Assembly: GCA_905178155.1 (NCBI GenBank)
Contig: CAJINV010000005.1
Span: 5,287,038-5,351,037, forward strand
Length of the DNA: 64,000 nt
From: Amoebophrya sp. A120
Lineage: Eukaryota; Protista; Dinoflagellata
Reading direction: 5' to 3'
Of this stretch, positions 62,905 to 64,000 are shown one piece after another. Positions within the stretch are counted from its first letter, which is position 1. Each line of letters begins with the position of its first letter. Position numbers and translations under genes: made by a program. The notes under the pieces were generated by a model. That model was not told the origin of the DNA. It worked only from the letters and a program-made list of their open reading frames with translations, and did not search any database.

Positions 62905-63438
62905 ATGCTGATCAGAAGATCTTTGGCCGCCGGAGGATCTTCGAGCAGAGCACGAGTTTCTGCTTGTTCTTCGGGTGGCTACAACTTCCAACAAGCTCTA
63001 CTAGGTTGTCCTTTTTCATCCAGCGGCCGCACCACAAGTACCGTTTTGCTGCAACAACACCTACGGAGAACTATTAGCGGCGATCCTTGCAGCAGAGCCT
63101 TCTTTTCAACATCTGCAGCAGACACGGCTAGCAGTGCCACGTCTAGCTCTCCCGCCACCGCCGTGGAAAAATCTGCCCCACCAGCATCTACTTCCGAGCA
63201 AAAGAGCAGCGGCGCCTCTTCATCAGGAAGTACCTCGCGCCCCGCTCCCGGCATTTTTTCCCGGGCGAAGTCCTTCACATTCGGCGTGATTTTCGCTTCC
63301 GGCGTCAGCTTCTGGGTGTTGCTGCTGGAGGGACAGAAGATGCTGGATCGGCTGGAGACGTCGGTGCAAAAGGTGCTGGAGTACCAGACAAGGGTGGAGA
63401 GAAGGCTGGATCGGGTGGAAACGGCGCTGGCGGTGTGA
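62905..63438 (+). CDS. Intronless hypothetical protein, likely mitochondrial (presequence, one TM helix, coiled coil)
   Basis: Arg/Ser-rich N-terminus (RRTISG..RAFFSTS), hydrophobic FTFGVIFASGVSFWVLLL, then heptad-like LDRLETSVQKVLEYQTRVERRLDRVE. Confidence 0.7.
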   Translation: MLIRRSLAAGGSSSRARVSACSSGGYNFQQALLGCPFSSSGRTTSTVLLQQHLRRTISGDPCSRAFFSTSAADTASSATSSSPATAVEKSAPPASTSEQKSSGASSSGSTSRPAPGIFSRAKSFTFGVIFASGVSFWVLLLEGQKMLDRLETSVQKVLEYQTRVERRLDRVETALAV

Positions 63439-64000
63439 AGATCATGGGTGTTAAACGACGATAAGTCCTCTACGTATAATCGGTTTATCAAACACCAAAT
63501 TATGGCTACTTGCGAAGATGTCTCAAATTTGCAGAATCAACAAGAGATGAACAAACATCCTTGTCCTTCCCAATGGCTGCGAGAACCTGAAGCATGTTCC
63601 TTGTTCCGTGTTTGGAAGATTAGCAGCGTAGTTCTTGAGAAGTCTTCATGTATTTGATGGTCAACAACAACATTTCCTGTGGATGCTGAAACGAAAGACT
63701 GGGTGTTCTACTAATTCAATCTGGAACATCATCGCGAAACTGTTGCAGTGGTTTTTTTTTTTTGTTTGAGGTAGGAGCAAAAAGCACTATTACTGTAACT
63801 AGAACTACCTTGCGCGTGCTGCTGATATTTGTCAAGCGGGCGGCGGCTCCTGACGTCGGCGAGGAAAAGAAAGACGATCTCATTGTCGGTTAAGGTTTTT
63901 CTTTTGAAGTTGGGCGTTCTCAAATTATATCTGATCGTGAAAGTCGTGCTCATGATCGTCATCTTTGAAAGTTCGCCTGTTTTACTAGTACGATCGAACC

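Noticed and set aside
1-64000. tRNA, rRNA or dinoflagellate spliced-leader sequences
   Set aside because: None recognised by eye; a covariance-model search would be needed to exclude them.

Overview
Eukaryotic, intron-rich protist DNA. The gene content and intron style fit a parasitic dinoflagellate of the Amoebophrya/Syndiniales type; this is inferred, not proven. The window holds about 10 protein genes, all on the + strand: a Cys-rich repeat protein, a DoxX-like protein, a mitochondrial 2Fe-2S ferredoxin, a divergent Ser/Thr kinase, cactin, a calmodulin-like protein, a divergent PI-PLC-like protein and three hypothetical proteins. These genes are broken by roughly 95-100 short insertions (manual count, mostly 110-420 bp) of MITE-like 'introner' type from at least 10 unrelated TIR families. 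All follow one grammar: 5-nt direct repeat, TAT(C/G)nnn, family TIR, arrays of GCAT(G/T/C)ACAAA, family TIR, nnn(C/G)ATA, 5-nt direct repeat. Removing an element plus 5 nt restored the reading frame at nearly every junction I reconstructed, with no GT-AG ends needed. Main highlights: (1) a partial PLC duplicate whose introner set does not overlap that of the full gene, giving natural empty sites, and which is bracketed by a circularly permuted introner and a 36-bp repeat; (2) evidence that introner left ends mimic the local GTAY splice donor; (3) a motif shared by all families; (4) small retroposon-like elements nested inside introners. Exon structures were reconstructed by hand, so coordinates may be off by a few nt.
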